NCBI GenBank assembly: GCA_041659405.1
Contig: JBAZYK010000009.1
Location: 47,107-79,106, forward strand
Length of the DNA stretch: 32,000 nt
Source: Candidatus Altimarinota bacterium
GTDB taxonomy: Bacteria; Patescibacteriota; Gracilibacteria; UBA1369
Reading direction: 5' to 3'
Below the pieces are notes generated by a model. That model was not told the origin of the DNA. It did no database searches and saw only the letters and a list, made by a program, of their open reading frames with translations. Made by a program: the position numbers and the translations under genes. Numbering within the stretch: the first letter of the stretch is position 1; each line of letters starts with the position of its first letter. Of the stretch, positions 1-9,294 are shown one piece after another.

Positions 1-475
1 CATTGGCATTGATTTCAAAAGTTTCAGGCGCATAGGGTTGATCATCCGCAGACGCAACCAATTCAGCGGCCTTATCTGCTTTTACAGGTGCCCCCGAATA
101 ATACTCCTGCATGATTTTTCTAATCGCAGCCAGGCCTTCTGTAATTGACTTCTTCCTATAATCTTCCCTTTCCGCGCGAATACTTTGAGGATCTTTCAAC
201 GCATCTAATTTTTCTATAGCCATTTGTGCCTTACTTTTTAGGAGGTCCCGCATTTGTTGCGTACCAGCTTCGATTTTTTTACCATTTTGAATGTCTCCCA
301 AAACTCTTTTTGTCTCGTTATATTTACGTTCATAGGTATCTTCATCAAAATCAATAGCCGTTTTTGGTGTCACGGAAGCCCTTTCAGATCCTTCACTCGG
401 CGCGGGAGCACTTGCATAAACAAGTCTTTTAGCTAAAACCCCCAAATTGAATTTTGATTGTAAAAAAGTTTTCAT
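1..475 (-). CDS. hypothetical charged/helical protein, N-terminal part only (gene runs off the left edge)
   Basis: Own translation of the minus strand from ATG 475..473 (MKTFLQSKFNLGVLAKRLVYASAPAPSEGSE...RKIMQEYYSGAPVKADKAAELV...) stays open for 158 codons to position 1. It is absent from the ORF track because it is edge-truncated. A 7-nt gap to gene 483..827 suggests the same operon. Confidence 0.5.
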   Translation of the reverse strand, partial: MKTFLQSKFNLGVLAKRLVYASAPAPSEGSERASVTPKTAIDFDEDTYERKYNETKRVLGDIQNGKKIEAGTQQMRDLLKSKAQMAIEKLDALKDPQSIRAEREDYRKKSITEGLAAIRKIMQEYYSGAPVKADKAAELVASADDQPYAPETFEINAN

Positions 476-482
476 AAAGTTT

Positions 483-827
483 TTATAAATGATTTAATAA
501 ATTATCGGCTAATGTTGAAGATTGCCCGATTTCGATTTTTTCCTGTTCCACTCTAACATCCTTCTCCATATCGTTTTTTAGCTTTATTACCTGCAATAAA
601 TCCTCCTGCATTTGGGCCTGTTGCTGTTGATCTAAGACTTGCCCGTGTTCAAAACGTTGTGCCTCTTTCATCAGCGTCTGCATCAATTCTTCCTGCCCCT
701 TTTGTGGCAAATTTGCGATTTGTTGCATGAGCGTAGCTTTTTCCTCCTCAGCCAGGCTTTGAATACTGACAGAATTCATTACTAGTTCCCGTAATTGCTG
801 GTTGTTAATTGTTGTGTAATCAATCAT
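483..827 (-). CDS. small helical protein, paralog of 1245..1607 (unknown function)
   Basis: 114-aa ORF. Residues INNQQLRELVMNSVSIQSLAEEEKATLMQQIANLPQKGQEELMQTL align with IQNEKLRYLVMASESIHSLDEGNIQKMIFQVANLPVEAQQPMIEAL of 1245..1607. The C-terminal (V/I)IK...VRVE.E segment is also shared. Confidence 0.65.
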   Translation of the reverse strand: MIDYTTINNQQLRELVMNSVSIQSLAEEEKATLMQQIANLPQKGQEELMQTLMKEAQRFEHGQVLDQQQQAQMQEDLLQVIKLKNDMEKDVRVEQEKIEIGQSSTLADNLLNHL

Positions 828-833
828 ATTGGC

Positions 834-1199
834 TTAATTAAGCAGTTTTCCGTATTGTTCAATAATTGAATTAATTTTTCCGAGGTTTGCCGCAACAGCT
901 TCCTTACTTAAATATTTCTCTTCTTTAGCAAGGATTTCATCTAAACTGCCCTTAGCTTCCTGCCGTGCTTCTTCAATTTTTGGAGAAGTAGCAGGCTTTT
1001 CTAAAAGATCTAAAGCATTAAATTTTGCCTTTTGATAGCTTTCATCAGCCGCCATAAGACCTTCCTCAGCGGGTTTTTCTGTAGCAGCCGAAGGCAAAAC
1101 GTTAATATTTTTTTGTTGATCTGGGCCTACCTGAAAGATTGTACGAGCAGGCAAAAATGTTATGTTAGAGCCAAATTGTAAGTATTTTATTTTCCCCAT
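834..1199 (-). CDS. hypothetical protein (121 aa)
   Basis: ORF with a 6-nt gap to the downstream gene in a co-directional block. No family recognised. Confidence 0.55.
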   Translation of the reverse strand: MGKIKYLQFGSNITFLPARTIFQVGPDQQKNINVLPSAATEKPAEEGLMAADESYQKAKFNALDLLEKPATSPKIEEARQEAKGSLDEILAKEEKYLSKEAVAANLGKINSIIEQYGKLLN

Positions 1200-1244
1200 A
1201 TTTTTATTTTAAGATTTTTTATTTTAAACTTGCTGCAATTTTTT

Positions 1245-1607
1245 TTAGAAATTAATTTCCTTCAGCAGATCCTCCGCTTCCCGCTGCGATCTTGCGACTT
1301 CCACTGTTTCGTTTTCCACCCGGACTACAATTTCAAAATTTCTTTTGATTATCCGAACTTCAGCCGTTCTTTTTTCAATAATTTTTATGTCCATTTCAGG
1401 TGTGATCCCTTTTGCTCTTTTGGCTGCCACAATTTGCCTTTGTTCATCTTCCAGCGCCTCGATCATGGGTTGTTGAGCTTCTACAGGCAGATTGGCCACC
1501 TGGAAAATCATTTTTTGGATATTCCCTTCATCCAGCGAATGAATCGACTCAGACGCCATCACCAGGTATCGCAGTTTTTCGTTTTGTATGGGATAGTAAT
1601 AAGGCAT
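1245..1607 (-). CDS. small helical protein, paralog of 483..827 (unknown function)
   Basis: The ORF-track entry is 1245..1697. I prefer the internal ATG at 1607 (MPYYYPIQNEKLRYLVM...) because the paralog alignment begins there and the longer form would overlap the start of the divergent gene at 1687. Confidence 0.65.
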   Translation of the reverse strand: MPYYYPIQNEKLRYLVMASESIHSLDEGNIQKMIFQVANLPVEAQQPMIEALEDEQRQIVAAKRAKGITPEMDIKIIEKRTAEVRIIKRNFEIVVRVENETVEVARSQREAEDLLKEINF

Positions 1608-1686
1608 GTGTCGTAACTTGCTTAAATATCTAAATATTATATCATATAACGGTCGGCAACTCAAATCAGGATGACATAATAAACTC

Positions 1687-2772
1687 ATGAAAATCATTCA
1701 AATTACCGAAAATCAGCAGGAAAAATACAACCAATTTGTCCAAAATCACCCGCTTGGCTCAATTCATCAAACTTGGGAATGGGGCATGTTTCAATGCAAA
1801 ACGCCCGGCCGCGATCGTTTTTATGCCCTTGTTCAGGAAGACGAGCATGGCCAATGGGAAGGTGCCGCTTTGATTATTAGACAACAACTGCCAAAAGGCC
1901 TTTCCTGGCTTTACTGTCCACGCGGGCCGCTGGTTGATTATTCAAATTTGCCAAAATTTTTGCCACTTTTTCAAAAAATCGCCGAAATCGCCAAAAAAGA
2001 AAATGCCGTTTTCTTGAGATTCGACCCCGGATTAACCGAATCTCCGGATTTTTCAAAAACTCCGCCGGCAGAGAATTTAAACTTTCAAAAAACTGTTTCC
2101 AAAATCCTAAATTCCAAATCCGCGCACGCCCATTATCAACCCGAAAGCACACTTATTTTAGACCTCTCTCAATCACCGGAAGAGCTCTTAAAACAAATGA
2201 AACCAAAGGGTCGTTATAACATTAAAATCGCCCAAAAACACGGCATAACAATTTGCGTAAGTGACACCGCGCAAGACCTCAAAAATTTCTACCAACTCCT
2301 CCACCAAACCACCACTCGCGACCAATTTAGTGGCCACGCCCTGGAATTTTACCAAAACATGCTCACGATTTTAGGCCCGCAGAAAGCCAAACTTTACCTT
2401 GCGGAATATCAAACGCAACCCGTCGGCTCTTCAACTTCGCCCGGCCCTCACATCATCGCCGGCTTAATCGCAACTTATTTCAAAGACACCGCCATCTATT
2501 ATTTTGGCGCTTCCAGCAATGAATACCGCAATACCATGGCCCCATATTTGCTTCAATGGCAGGCTATTTTAGACGCACAAAAACTCGGTTATAAATATTA
2601 TGATTTCCTTGGAATCGCGCCGGAAGATCAGCCAAATCACCCCTGGGCCGGAGTGTCCGATTTTAAATTAAAATTTGGAGGCACACGTTTAAATTACGTT
2701 CCTCCTCAGGAAATTGTCTACAAACCGCTCTGGTTCAACGCAATCAAACTCGCCAAAAAATTACGACGGTAG
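1687..2772 (+). CDS. FemAB-family peptidoglycan interpeptide-bridge aminoacyl transferase (FemX-like, lipid II-dependent)
   Basis: 361 aa. The N-terminus (HPLGSIHQTWEWGMFQ), KPKGRYNIKIAQKHGI and the C-terminal GVSDFKLKFGG are typical of the FemA/FemB/FemX family as I recall it. Confidence 0.85.
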   Translation: MKIIQITENQQEKYNQFVQNHPLGSIHQTWEWGMFQCKTPGRDRFYALVQEDEHGQWEGAALIIRQQLPKGLSWLYCPRGPLVDYSNLPKFLPLFQKIAEIAKKENAVFLRFDPGLTESPDFSKTPPAENLNFQKTVSKILNSKSAHAHYQPESTLILDLSQSPEELLKQMKPKGRYNIKIAQKHGITICVSDTAQDLKNFYQLLHQTTTRDQFSGHALEFYQNMLTILGPQKAKLYLAEYQTQPVGSSTSPGPHIIAGLIATYFKDTAIYYFGASSNEYRNTMAPYLLQWQAILDAQKLGYKYYDFLGIAPEDQPNHPWAGVSDFKLKFGGTRLNYVPPQEIVYKPLWFNAIKLAKKLRR

Positions 2773-2849
2773 TACATCAAAAACAGCGCGATCTTGCGCG
2801 ACATGGGCCACCACCACCTCACGCTCTCACCACAAAACAAGCTGGACTT

Positions 2850-5585
2850 TTATGTTTCTCTAATTCTTTTAACTGTCTCAATCATTTGCGCAAAGTTGCC
2901 GGAAACCCCTCCAGTTTGCGCTTTTCTGCCATTTACAAAATAATGGAGCTGATTATTTTCCAGCCAAACAAATAATTGTGTTGGGCCAAAATTGCCCCAA
3001 TCAAGTGTCACATTAGCAACCTGCTCAACCTTATTATTTTGGTCGATCTTAAAATTTATAATTCTGCCAATCGCCGCCCGTTCATTATTGTAATTGTAGG
3101 AATTGGTAATGGTATCAAACAGAATTTCGTGCTGTGAAGCCGTATCTATAGTTTTGAAATGCTGATCTTCTTCAGCCCACGCGCGAATATGTTTCATTTT
3201 TAGGGCAAATTCCGGCAGACTTTCCGCCACTCCTTCACGCATAGAACCGCCATCATAAGCCACATTTTCACGATTAACCCTGTAGCCAATGCGACCAAAT
3301 GGCAAAGCCCGAACATCAACCTTTGCATTTGGATTATTCCAATCCAATTCTACGGTGTAATCATAAGGCGGAGTCTTTTCGGTCTTCTCCACATTGCGAA
3401 CTGTCCCCGTTACTTTTTCGTGTTGTTCAAATTGGTACTTTGATCCAAGCACTTTCAGCATGACTTTTTGCAAAGCTGAACCATCATTCACCGCGCGTAA
3501 AACATCTTCTTTGCTGTTATAAGGTTCCTCAAGTTCACCACCATTATAAGAAATTTTATATTTTCCATCAGGCATTCTAAAAGCACGGAACGCCAGCATG
3601 TAGCCATTAAATAGCAAATCAAAACGTGCTCCATCGGGTTTATCCGCATAAGCATCAATTGCTCTAAGTTGATAAAGATAATTTGGATTTATCGGTTTTA
3701 AATTTTCATGATTTTTTTCAAATGCCGCTGTGATTCTTTCAGGGCTGACCGAAGCACCTTCCGGCGTTCTTGTTTTTTCCTTGGGTCGAGGCTTTTTCAT
3801 AACCCAGTCGTCGCAAATCATATGGCTATGATCGGCATAGTCTACTTTGTAATAGAGTTTCCCATTTACTTCCCGTGCCGGATTATTTGGATTAAATAAT
3901 GTCATTTCTTCTCCGGGTGCAACTGTCACTGTGCGATCAATCTTGCCTTGTTCCGTCCTGAAATAAACAATATTTCCGGGCTTAATTACAAGCTTCCCGG
4001 TATATCCCGCCAAATCAAATTTTGTAACTTCGTGTCCTTTATCCCAATCGCGTGCAATTTCATCAACTGATTCCACTGGTCTTTCGGCAGATGCCGCAGG
4101 TGTAGAAGTTGGAGTAGCTGTTGGGGCATTAGTAGGCGCAGTAGTTGGGGCCACGGCTGGACTCACTCCAAGAGCAGAAGCACCTTTTTTGCCTGCAGCC
4201 TTCTTTCCGGGAGCTTTAGCCTGCACATCCGCAGGGGCTGGCGTCACCACTTTGACTTCAGTAAGAATCCCGGCAGTTGCCAACTTTGGAACCTTTGCGG
4301 CAGGATTAACGTGCCCCTTGTCCAAAGTAGCCCTGATAAGATTGTTCGCTTTGGCTTCCACCACTTTGTTTTCCAATAGATCAAAACCATCCTTCTTAAT
4401 TTTTGCCTTAATTTTTGCATCATCATTCAAATCCAACATTTCTTTAACTAACGGATACAATGGATCATTAATATCAATTTTAAATTGCTCTATTAATTTT
4501 CTAGCCGTGTCATTAAAAGTTGCAATATTTTGCCTTAAAACCGTCAATCTTAATTCTTTTTCCGCCTCTTCCAATAAGTTTCGCGCGGATACTTCGGAAT
4601 GAATTTTATCAAGTGTCTCAGGCTTCATAATATCTTCCACAACTCCTCCATGAATAAAATCAAACTTCAATTCACTTTGCAATTTTTCAGCTTTTCTCAC
4701 GAAAGCCTGAATTTGCCCTTTGCTGATCTCCACTTCCGCTAATGAGTCCGTTAAAAGAGGAATATCCAGTAGCACCTGTTTGTCAGAGCCCCAACTTCCT
4801 CTCCCTTTTCCTTTTCCGGATGTAGCATCTTTTATTTGTTCTAAAGTATCCTCACGAAATTCATCAAATTTAGCCGGGAATTTCTTTTTTGCGCCGTTAA
4901 AAAGGCCTACAAAATAAGCTTTTTCACGCGCGTCCAGGTTCAGATGGGAAAGCTCCTGTTCATATTCGGCAAAATTGGCGATTTTTTTAACCACATCGGT
5001 ATCCAGCTTTGTCCCCATGGTCCAACCCTCACTGGATTTATCAAATGCCGCTTTAAATTTGCCATAAGCCTCATTAGCAGAGGCCTTATCATACATTCCT
5101 AAGCCCGTAAGATACCCAACAACAGATTGATAAGCTTCCCCGTCTTTGTCAGTGCCTTCATAGTCATCAATGCCACCATCTTTTGGTTCAGCCAGCTCTT
5201 CTGCATATTTTACCGCCTCATCAAATTTGTTAGCCTTATTTGGAACAATCTCACTATAAAGTTTATTTAAATCATCGCTTACTTCACGAATCAATGCCTT
5301 TTTATCTTCCTTTTCTTTAAGATCTAACCCTATGCTTTTAAGCTGGTGTTTGTCTTTCAACTTGCCAATTTTAGACTCGATTGATCTTGGATTTGGTCCT
5401 CTTGCGGTTGCCAAAGTACGAATACGTTCAGCCGATTCATTTACGGCTTTATCAAATTCCTGTTTAGAAAAATCCGGCTTCTTTTCCAGTTCAGAAACTT
5501 CCTGAGTCACATATGCCTGTTCACGCGACTGCTCGGGTTTGTTTTGAAATACGAGTCTGTTTGGTGAGAAAAAATGTATTTTCAT
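2850..5585 (-). CDS. large multidomain hypothetical protein (911 aa): charged helical N-terminal half, A/P/T/K-rich linker, SH3-like segment, repeated C-terminal modules
   Basis: Long uninterrupted ORF. The linker is APGKKAAGKKGASALGVSPAVAPTTAPTNAPTATPTSTPAAS (about nt 4077-4244). C-terminal modules share V.LDW.N...Y.VN...GG patterns. No signal peptide is evident. Confidence 0.8.
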   Translation of the reverse strand: MKIHFFSPNRLVFQNKPEQSREQAYVTQEVSELEKKPDFSKQEFDKAVNESAERIRTLATARGPNPRSIESKIGKLKDKHQLKSIGLDLKEKEDKKALIREVSDDLNKLYSEIVPNKANKFDEAVKYAEELAEPKDGGIDDYEGTDKDGEAYQSVVGYLTGLGMYDKASANEAYGKFKAAFDKSSEGWTMGTKLDTDVVKKIANFAEYEQELSHLNLDAREKAYFVGLFNGAKKKFPAKFDEFREDTLEQIKDATSGKGKGRGSWGSDKQVLLDIPLLTDSLAEVEISKGQIQAFVRKAEKLQSELKFDFIHGGVVEDIMKPETLDKIHSEVSARNLLEEAEKELRLTVLRQNIATFNDTARKLIEQFKIDINDPLYPLVKEMLDLNDDAKIKAKIKKDGFDLLENKVVEAKANNLIRATLDKGHVNPAAKVPKLATAGILTEVKVVTPAPADVQAKAPGKKAAGKKGASALGVSPAVAPTTAPTNAPTATPTSTPAASAERPVESVDEIARDWDKGHEVTKFDLAGYTGKLVIKPGNIVYFRTEQGKIDRTVTVAPGEEMTLFNPNNPAREVNGKLYYKVDYADHSHMICDDWVMKKPRPKEKTRTPEGASVSPERITAAFEKNHENLKPINPNYLYQLRAIDAYADKPDGARFDLLFNGYMLAFRAFRMPDGKYKISYNGGELEEPYNSKEDVLRAVNDGSALQKVMLKVLGSKYQFEQHEKVTGTVRNVEKTEKTPPYDYTVELDWNNPNAKVDVRALPFGRIGYRVNRENVAYDGGSMREGVAESLPEFALKMKHIRAWAEEDQHFKTIDTASQHEILFDTITNSYNYNNERAAIGRIINFKIDQNNKVEQVANVTLDWGNFGPTQLFVWLENNQLHYFVNGRKAQTGGVSGNFAQMIETVKRIRET

Positions 5586-5732
5586 TTTTATTTTTTTTAG
5601 AGCCTCCCAAAAGGTTAATAAATCTATTGATTATACCAGAAAATCAACAATAAAAAAAGCCCCCCGAGCCCCTTCATGAAGGAAATCCGCATTCTGTCAT
5701 CCGTTTTTGGCTATAATTCAACAATATTCTCC

Positions 5733-6227
5733 CTATTTTTCCTCCATTTTAAGCCTGATTGTCTCCGGATCATTAATGTGGTCAATGTACAGGTGAGCAT
5801 CAACGTGATCGACCTCGTGCTGCACAACCCTCGCATTAAAATTCTTTAGTTTCAAAATTTGTTGCCTGCCTTTCACATCCAAAAATTTCACAGTCACGGC
5901 GGAATGTCTGGCGATGGCGTCAAACCGCTTCGGCAAGCTCAAACAGCCCTCTTCATTCAGATCCATTATCGCCGATTTATTCATGATAACCGGATTGATC
6001 ATTCCGACGACCAATTCATGCGGAGTGTCATAATTAAATTTGCAAACCACCACGCGCAAATTCACGCCAACTTGCGGAGCGGCAAGCCCAACTCCATGCT
6101 CAAGTTCCATGGTTTCCTTCATGTCCTCAATAAACTTCAAAAGTTTTTTATCGATTTTTTTGATCACTGCAGATGGTGTCCGCAAAATCGGATTATCCTG
6201 TCCCCGTTCCATTTTTAATCGTGCCAT
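5733..6227 (-). CDS. def: peptide deformylase
   Basis: All three PDF motifs are present: GVGLAAPQVG, EGCLSLP and QHEVDH. Confidence 0.95.
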   Translation of the reverse strand: MARLKMERGQDNPILRTPSAVIKKIDKKLLKFIEDMKETMELEHGVGLAAPQVGVNLRVVVCKFNYDTPHELVVGMINPVIMNKSAIMDLNEEGCLSLPKRFDAIARHSAVTVKFLDVKGRQQILKLKNFNARVVQHEVDHVDAHLYIDHINDPETIRLKMEEK

Positions 6228-6323
6228 CAGTCGTATTATTATTTATAATTCGGCGAAATATTAGGCAATCTAAACAAAAAAGTAAAGTTTTTTGGCTCTA
6301 GTTGACCATATCACGCCGTAACT

Positions 6324-7313
6324 TTAGCCTACCCATTTTGCGGCAAGAGTAACGTTGTCCGGATGTACTTTCGTAGCCGTGATTAAACTGCCACCAACCT
6401 TAACTTTTGGCTTCCCCTCAGTTCCCAATTTTTGTTCCTCGCAAATTTTAAGTTGAGCCTGTCGTTCCATGGCCAATTCGTAAAGTTTTTTAGGAGCATC
6501 TTTTTTATGTGTTTTTACATATTCACTAATTTCAGTATCGGAAACAATCCCATGAAAACCATCGGAACTTAAAAGGACCACCACTGGACGATTTGCAACA
6601 GGAATTTTCTTGATTATGGCTTCAAATTGAAGTTTGTCGGGGTTAACGTAACTGGTAGGAGAATTTTTGATTTGGAGTTTTACTGCTTCAGTAGTCACCT
6701 GTTCATCTGTAAGATCTGACAATTCATCATCACAAATTTCCGGGTAAAAAATTATTTTCAATGCTCTTATAGCTTTAATTACCTCTTTTCGTGTGTGCTG
6801 AACGTTTACTACGTCATTAAGGCTTGATTGGTCTTCCGAAGCATAAATAATTTCCCCGGTTTCAGCATCCAGAACATGAATTTTCGCGTCACCAACGTGT
6901 CCAACCTCAATTCCGTGTTCATCTCCGTCTTGGTATTCTCGAGCAAGAGCAAGCATGGTTCCTTCTCTAGGGCCAAATTTAGCCCTTTGCATGTTCACGC
7001 AAGCATCATGAAAAATACGATTCATATTTTCTGTTGGATCCAATGTTCTCAAAACAAGTTCGCACACTTCTGCGCCATGTCTTCCACCACCAACACCATC
7101 ACCAACTGCAAGAAATTTATCATCAACGACTCTATAACCGTCTTCATTTGCTTCTTTTCTGCCTTCGGTTAGTTCTCTTCCACCCTTATTTGTAGCTGCC
7201 CAAACGCTTTTATCTGGTGATTCATATTTTGCGGTATCACCAAAGCCAAAAATTTCTTTTGGTGCGGATTCCGCAGGCATCTCGCCTTCTGGTTTTAATT
7301 CAGGACCATTCAT
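6324..7313 (-). CDS. PP2C/PPM-family Ser/Thr protein phosphatase
   Basis: PPM motifs are present: ANEDGY, VGDGVGGGRHGAEV, HVGDAKIHV, LLSSDGFHG and a C-terminal PDNVTL. Confidence 0.8.
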   Translation of the reverse strand: MNGPELKPEGEMPAESAPKEIFGFGDTAKYESPDKSVWAATNKGGRELTEGRKEANEDGYRVVDDKFLAVGDGVGGGRHGAEVCELVLRTLDPTENMNRIFHDACVNMQRAKFGPREGTMLALAREYQDGDEHGIEVGHVGDAKIHVLDAETGEIIYASEDQSSLNDVVNVQHTRKEVIKAIRALKIIFYPEICDDELSDLTDEQVTTEAVKLQIKNSPTSYVNPDKLQFEAIIKKIPVANRPVVVLLSSDGFHGIVSDTEISEYVKTHKKDAPKKLYELAMERQAQLKICEEQKLGTEGKPKVKVGGSLITATKVHPDNVTLAAKWVG

Positions 7314-7416
7314 AAATAAAATTTGTTTAAATATTATTTAGGTAGGACATTGTATCACAAAATCGGCAAAAGTCCATAGTTGAATAACCCTCTTGGTGTT
7401 GTATATTTTCTAGGCT

Positions 7417-8502
7417 ATGTCACAAAAAATTCTCATCAAAGTTGGCACCAACGTTATTTCCAAAGAAGATGGAACTTTGGACGAAAAAATCATGGCCGAA
7501 ATTGTTGACCAGATTTCGCAGTTGAAAAAACAAAACCTGGAAATTATTTTAATTACTTCCGGGGCTGTTGGTGCGGGAAAAAGTCTCATCAATCTTGCCG
7601 ATAAAAATTTGGGCAAAAATGCCGACGTGATCAAACGTCAGATTTTGGCTTCAGCCGGACAAATAAAGCTCATGAATTTATACCTGAAATTTTTTGGTAA
7701 CCATCAGTATAACTGCGCGCAAATTTTAGTAACTAAAGAAGATTTCCGCGATCGCCTTCATTACCTCAACATGAAAAATTGTCTGGAGGCGCTTTTGAAA
7801 AATGAAATTGTTCCGGTCATCAATGAAAATGATGTCGTCTCTGTTACCGAATTAATGTTTACCGATAATGATGAACTGGCAGGCCTAATCGCCGCCATGC
7901 TTAATGTGGATACGGTTATTATTTTGACCAATGTTGATGGCATTTTTGATCAAAATCCTAATAATGAAGGTGCCAAATTACTAAACAAAATCGACCACAA
8001 AACCAACCTGGAAGAATTTATTTCTCCGGATAAATCTTCTTTTGGACGAGGAGGAATGCTCACAAAATCCCGCATTGCCCAAAAATTATCGCTGCTCGGA
8101 ATCACCACGCATATCGCTAACGGCAAACGAAAAAACATCCTCCTTGATTTGCTGAAATCTTCCGATTCTCCTGCCACAACTTTTCTTCCATCCAAAAAAC
8201 TTTCCAGTGTAAAACGCTGGATCGCCTATTCCCGCGGTTACGAAAAAGGCACAGTTTTTATCAACAAATGCGCCGAAGATATTATCACTTCAAAATCAAA
8301 AGCCATCAGTTTATTACCGGTTGGAATTACCAAAATTGAAGGTGATTTTGAAAAGGGCGAAATCATTAAAGTAAAAAACGAACAAGGTGCGGATATTGGC
8401 TTCGGTATGGCACAATATAGCTCCGAAAAAGCCAAAGAATTTTTGGGACAAAAAGGCAAAAGACCACTCATCCATTATGATTATTTTTTTCTTGATCTAT
8501 GA
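7417..8502 (+). CDS. proB: glutamate 5-kinase with C-terminal PUA domain
   Basis: Motifs KVGTNVIS, ITSGAVGAG and FTDNDELA, plus a PUA-like C-terminus. The stop overlaps the proC start (ATGA at 8499-8502). Confidence 0.95.
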   Translation: MSQKILIKVGTNVISKEDGTLDEKIMAEIVDQISQLKKQNLEIILITSGAVGAGKSLINLADKNLGKNADVIKRQILASAGQIKLMNLYLKFFGNHQYNCAQILVTKEDFRDRLHYLNMKNCLEALLKNEIVPVINENDVVSVTELMFTDNDELAGLIAAMLNVDTVIILTNVDGIFDQNPNNEGAKLLNKIDHKTNLEEFISPDKSSFGRGGMLTKSRIAQKLSLLGITTHIANGKRKNILLDLLKSSDSPATTFLPSKKLSSVKRWIAYSRGYEKGTVFINKCAEDIITSKSKAISLLPVGITKIEGDFEKGEIIKVKNEQGADIGFGMAQYSSEKAKEFLGQKGKRPLIHYDYFFLDL

Positions 8503-9284
8503 AAAATAAAATCGCAATCATCGGTGCTGGCAACATGGGCGGAGCTTTTTTTAGAGGTCTCGCCAAACATTTTCCGATTCAGGATTTGCTTCTTTGTGAT
8601 CACAATTTGGATAAGATGAAAGCCCTTGGCGCAAAGGTTTTTTCAACTGATGCCAATGAAATTATCCCCAAAGCTGACATTATTATCTTGGCCGTTAAAC
8701 CTCAATCTTATCTGGATTTTTGCCAAACGATCAAAGTAAAAATGGACCAAAAACTGATCATTTCCATCATGGCCAGAGTCACTTTAAAAACTCTTAAACA
8801 AACAACCGGGAGCGCCAAAATTGTTAGATCCATGCCGAATTTGCCGGCTCAGGTTGAGGCCGGTTTGACCGGTTGGGTAGCCACAAAAGACCTATCGCCA
8901 ACAGATAAAAAAATTGTTGAAAAAATCTTTTCCGCGTTGGGTGATTCGATCGAATTAAAAACTGAAAAAGCATTAAATGCACTCACGCCATTAAGTGGTT
9001 CCGGTCCGGCCTACTTTTTTTATATTTGCGAATTATTAGAAGAGAAAGCCAAAAAAATGGGCTTCACCAAAGATCAGGCCAAAAAAATGGCCGAAAAAAC
9101 TTTCATCGGATCCGCAAAAGTTTTTCAAGAAAACACCATGACGGCGGCAGAGTGGCGAAAAGCGGTAACTGGCAAAGGAGGCACCACCGAAGCCGCTTTT
9201 GACCACTTCCAAAAGAAAAATCTCGCCAAAATTTTTGACGAAGGAATCGAAAAAGGCCAAAAACGCGCCGACGAAACGATCTAA
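8499..9284 (+). CDS. proC: pyrroline-5-carboxylate reductase
   Basis: Rossmann motif [12 protein letters not shown], then GSGPAYFFY and [11 protein letters not shown]. Confidence 0.93.
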   Translation: MKNKIAIIGAGNMGGAFFRGLAKHFPIQDLLLCDHNLDKMKALGAKVFSTDANEIIPKADIIILAVKPQSYLDFCQTIKVKMDQKLIISIMARVTLKTLKQTTGSAKIVRSMPNLPAQVEAGLTGWVATKDLSPTDKKIVEKIFSALGDSIELKTEKALNALTPLSGSGPAYFFYICELLEEKAKKMGFTKDQAKKMAEKTFIGSAKVFQENTMTAAEWRKAVTGKGGTTEAAFDHFQKKNLAKIFDEGIEKGQKRADETI

Positions 9285-9294
9285 ATTCCCATTC

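Noticed and set aside
1230-1633. Antisense or overlapping ORFs inside confident genes, here and at 1877..2152, 3708..3899, 4189..4602, 4244..4426, 4720..4917, 5859..6264, 6828..7172, 7410..8471 (several), 9036..9345, 9957..10163, 10427..10778, 10940..11668, 13197..13379, 14387..15215, 16245..16662, 16813..18149, 18673..19076, 20167..20442, 20648..20893, 21342..21527, 24578..24775, 26150..26769, 28226..28795 and 28981..30013
   Set aside because: Each lies within or opposite a longer ORF with clear family motifs or better coding character. Their sequences are low-complexity or Cys/Phe/Arg-biased, typical of shadow frames.
834-5585. Shared N-terminal signal among MGKIKYLQFGSNITF (834..1199), MKIHFFSPNRLVF (2850..5585) and MKTFLQSKFNLGVL (1..475)
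   Set aside because: The resemblance is limited to a few hydrophobic or Lys positions in very short segments. It is too weak to claim a common targeting motif without statistics.
5640-5700. Rho-independent terminator downstream of def (CCTTCATGAAGG palindrome and a G-rich run followed by a T-tract on the minus strand)
   Set aside because: I could not draw a convincing GC-rich stem directly preceding the T-tract, so it is left uncalled.
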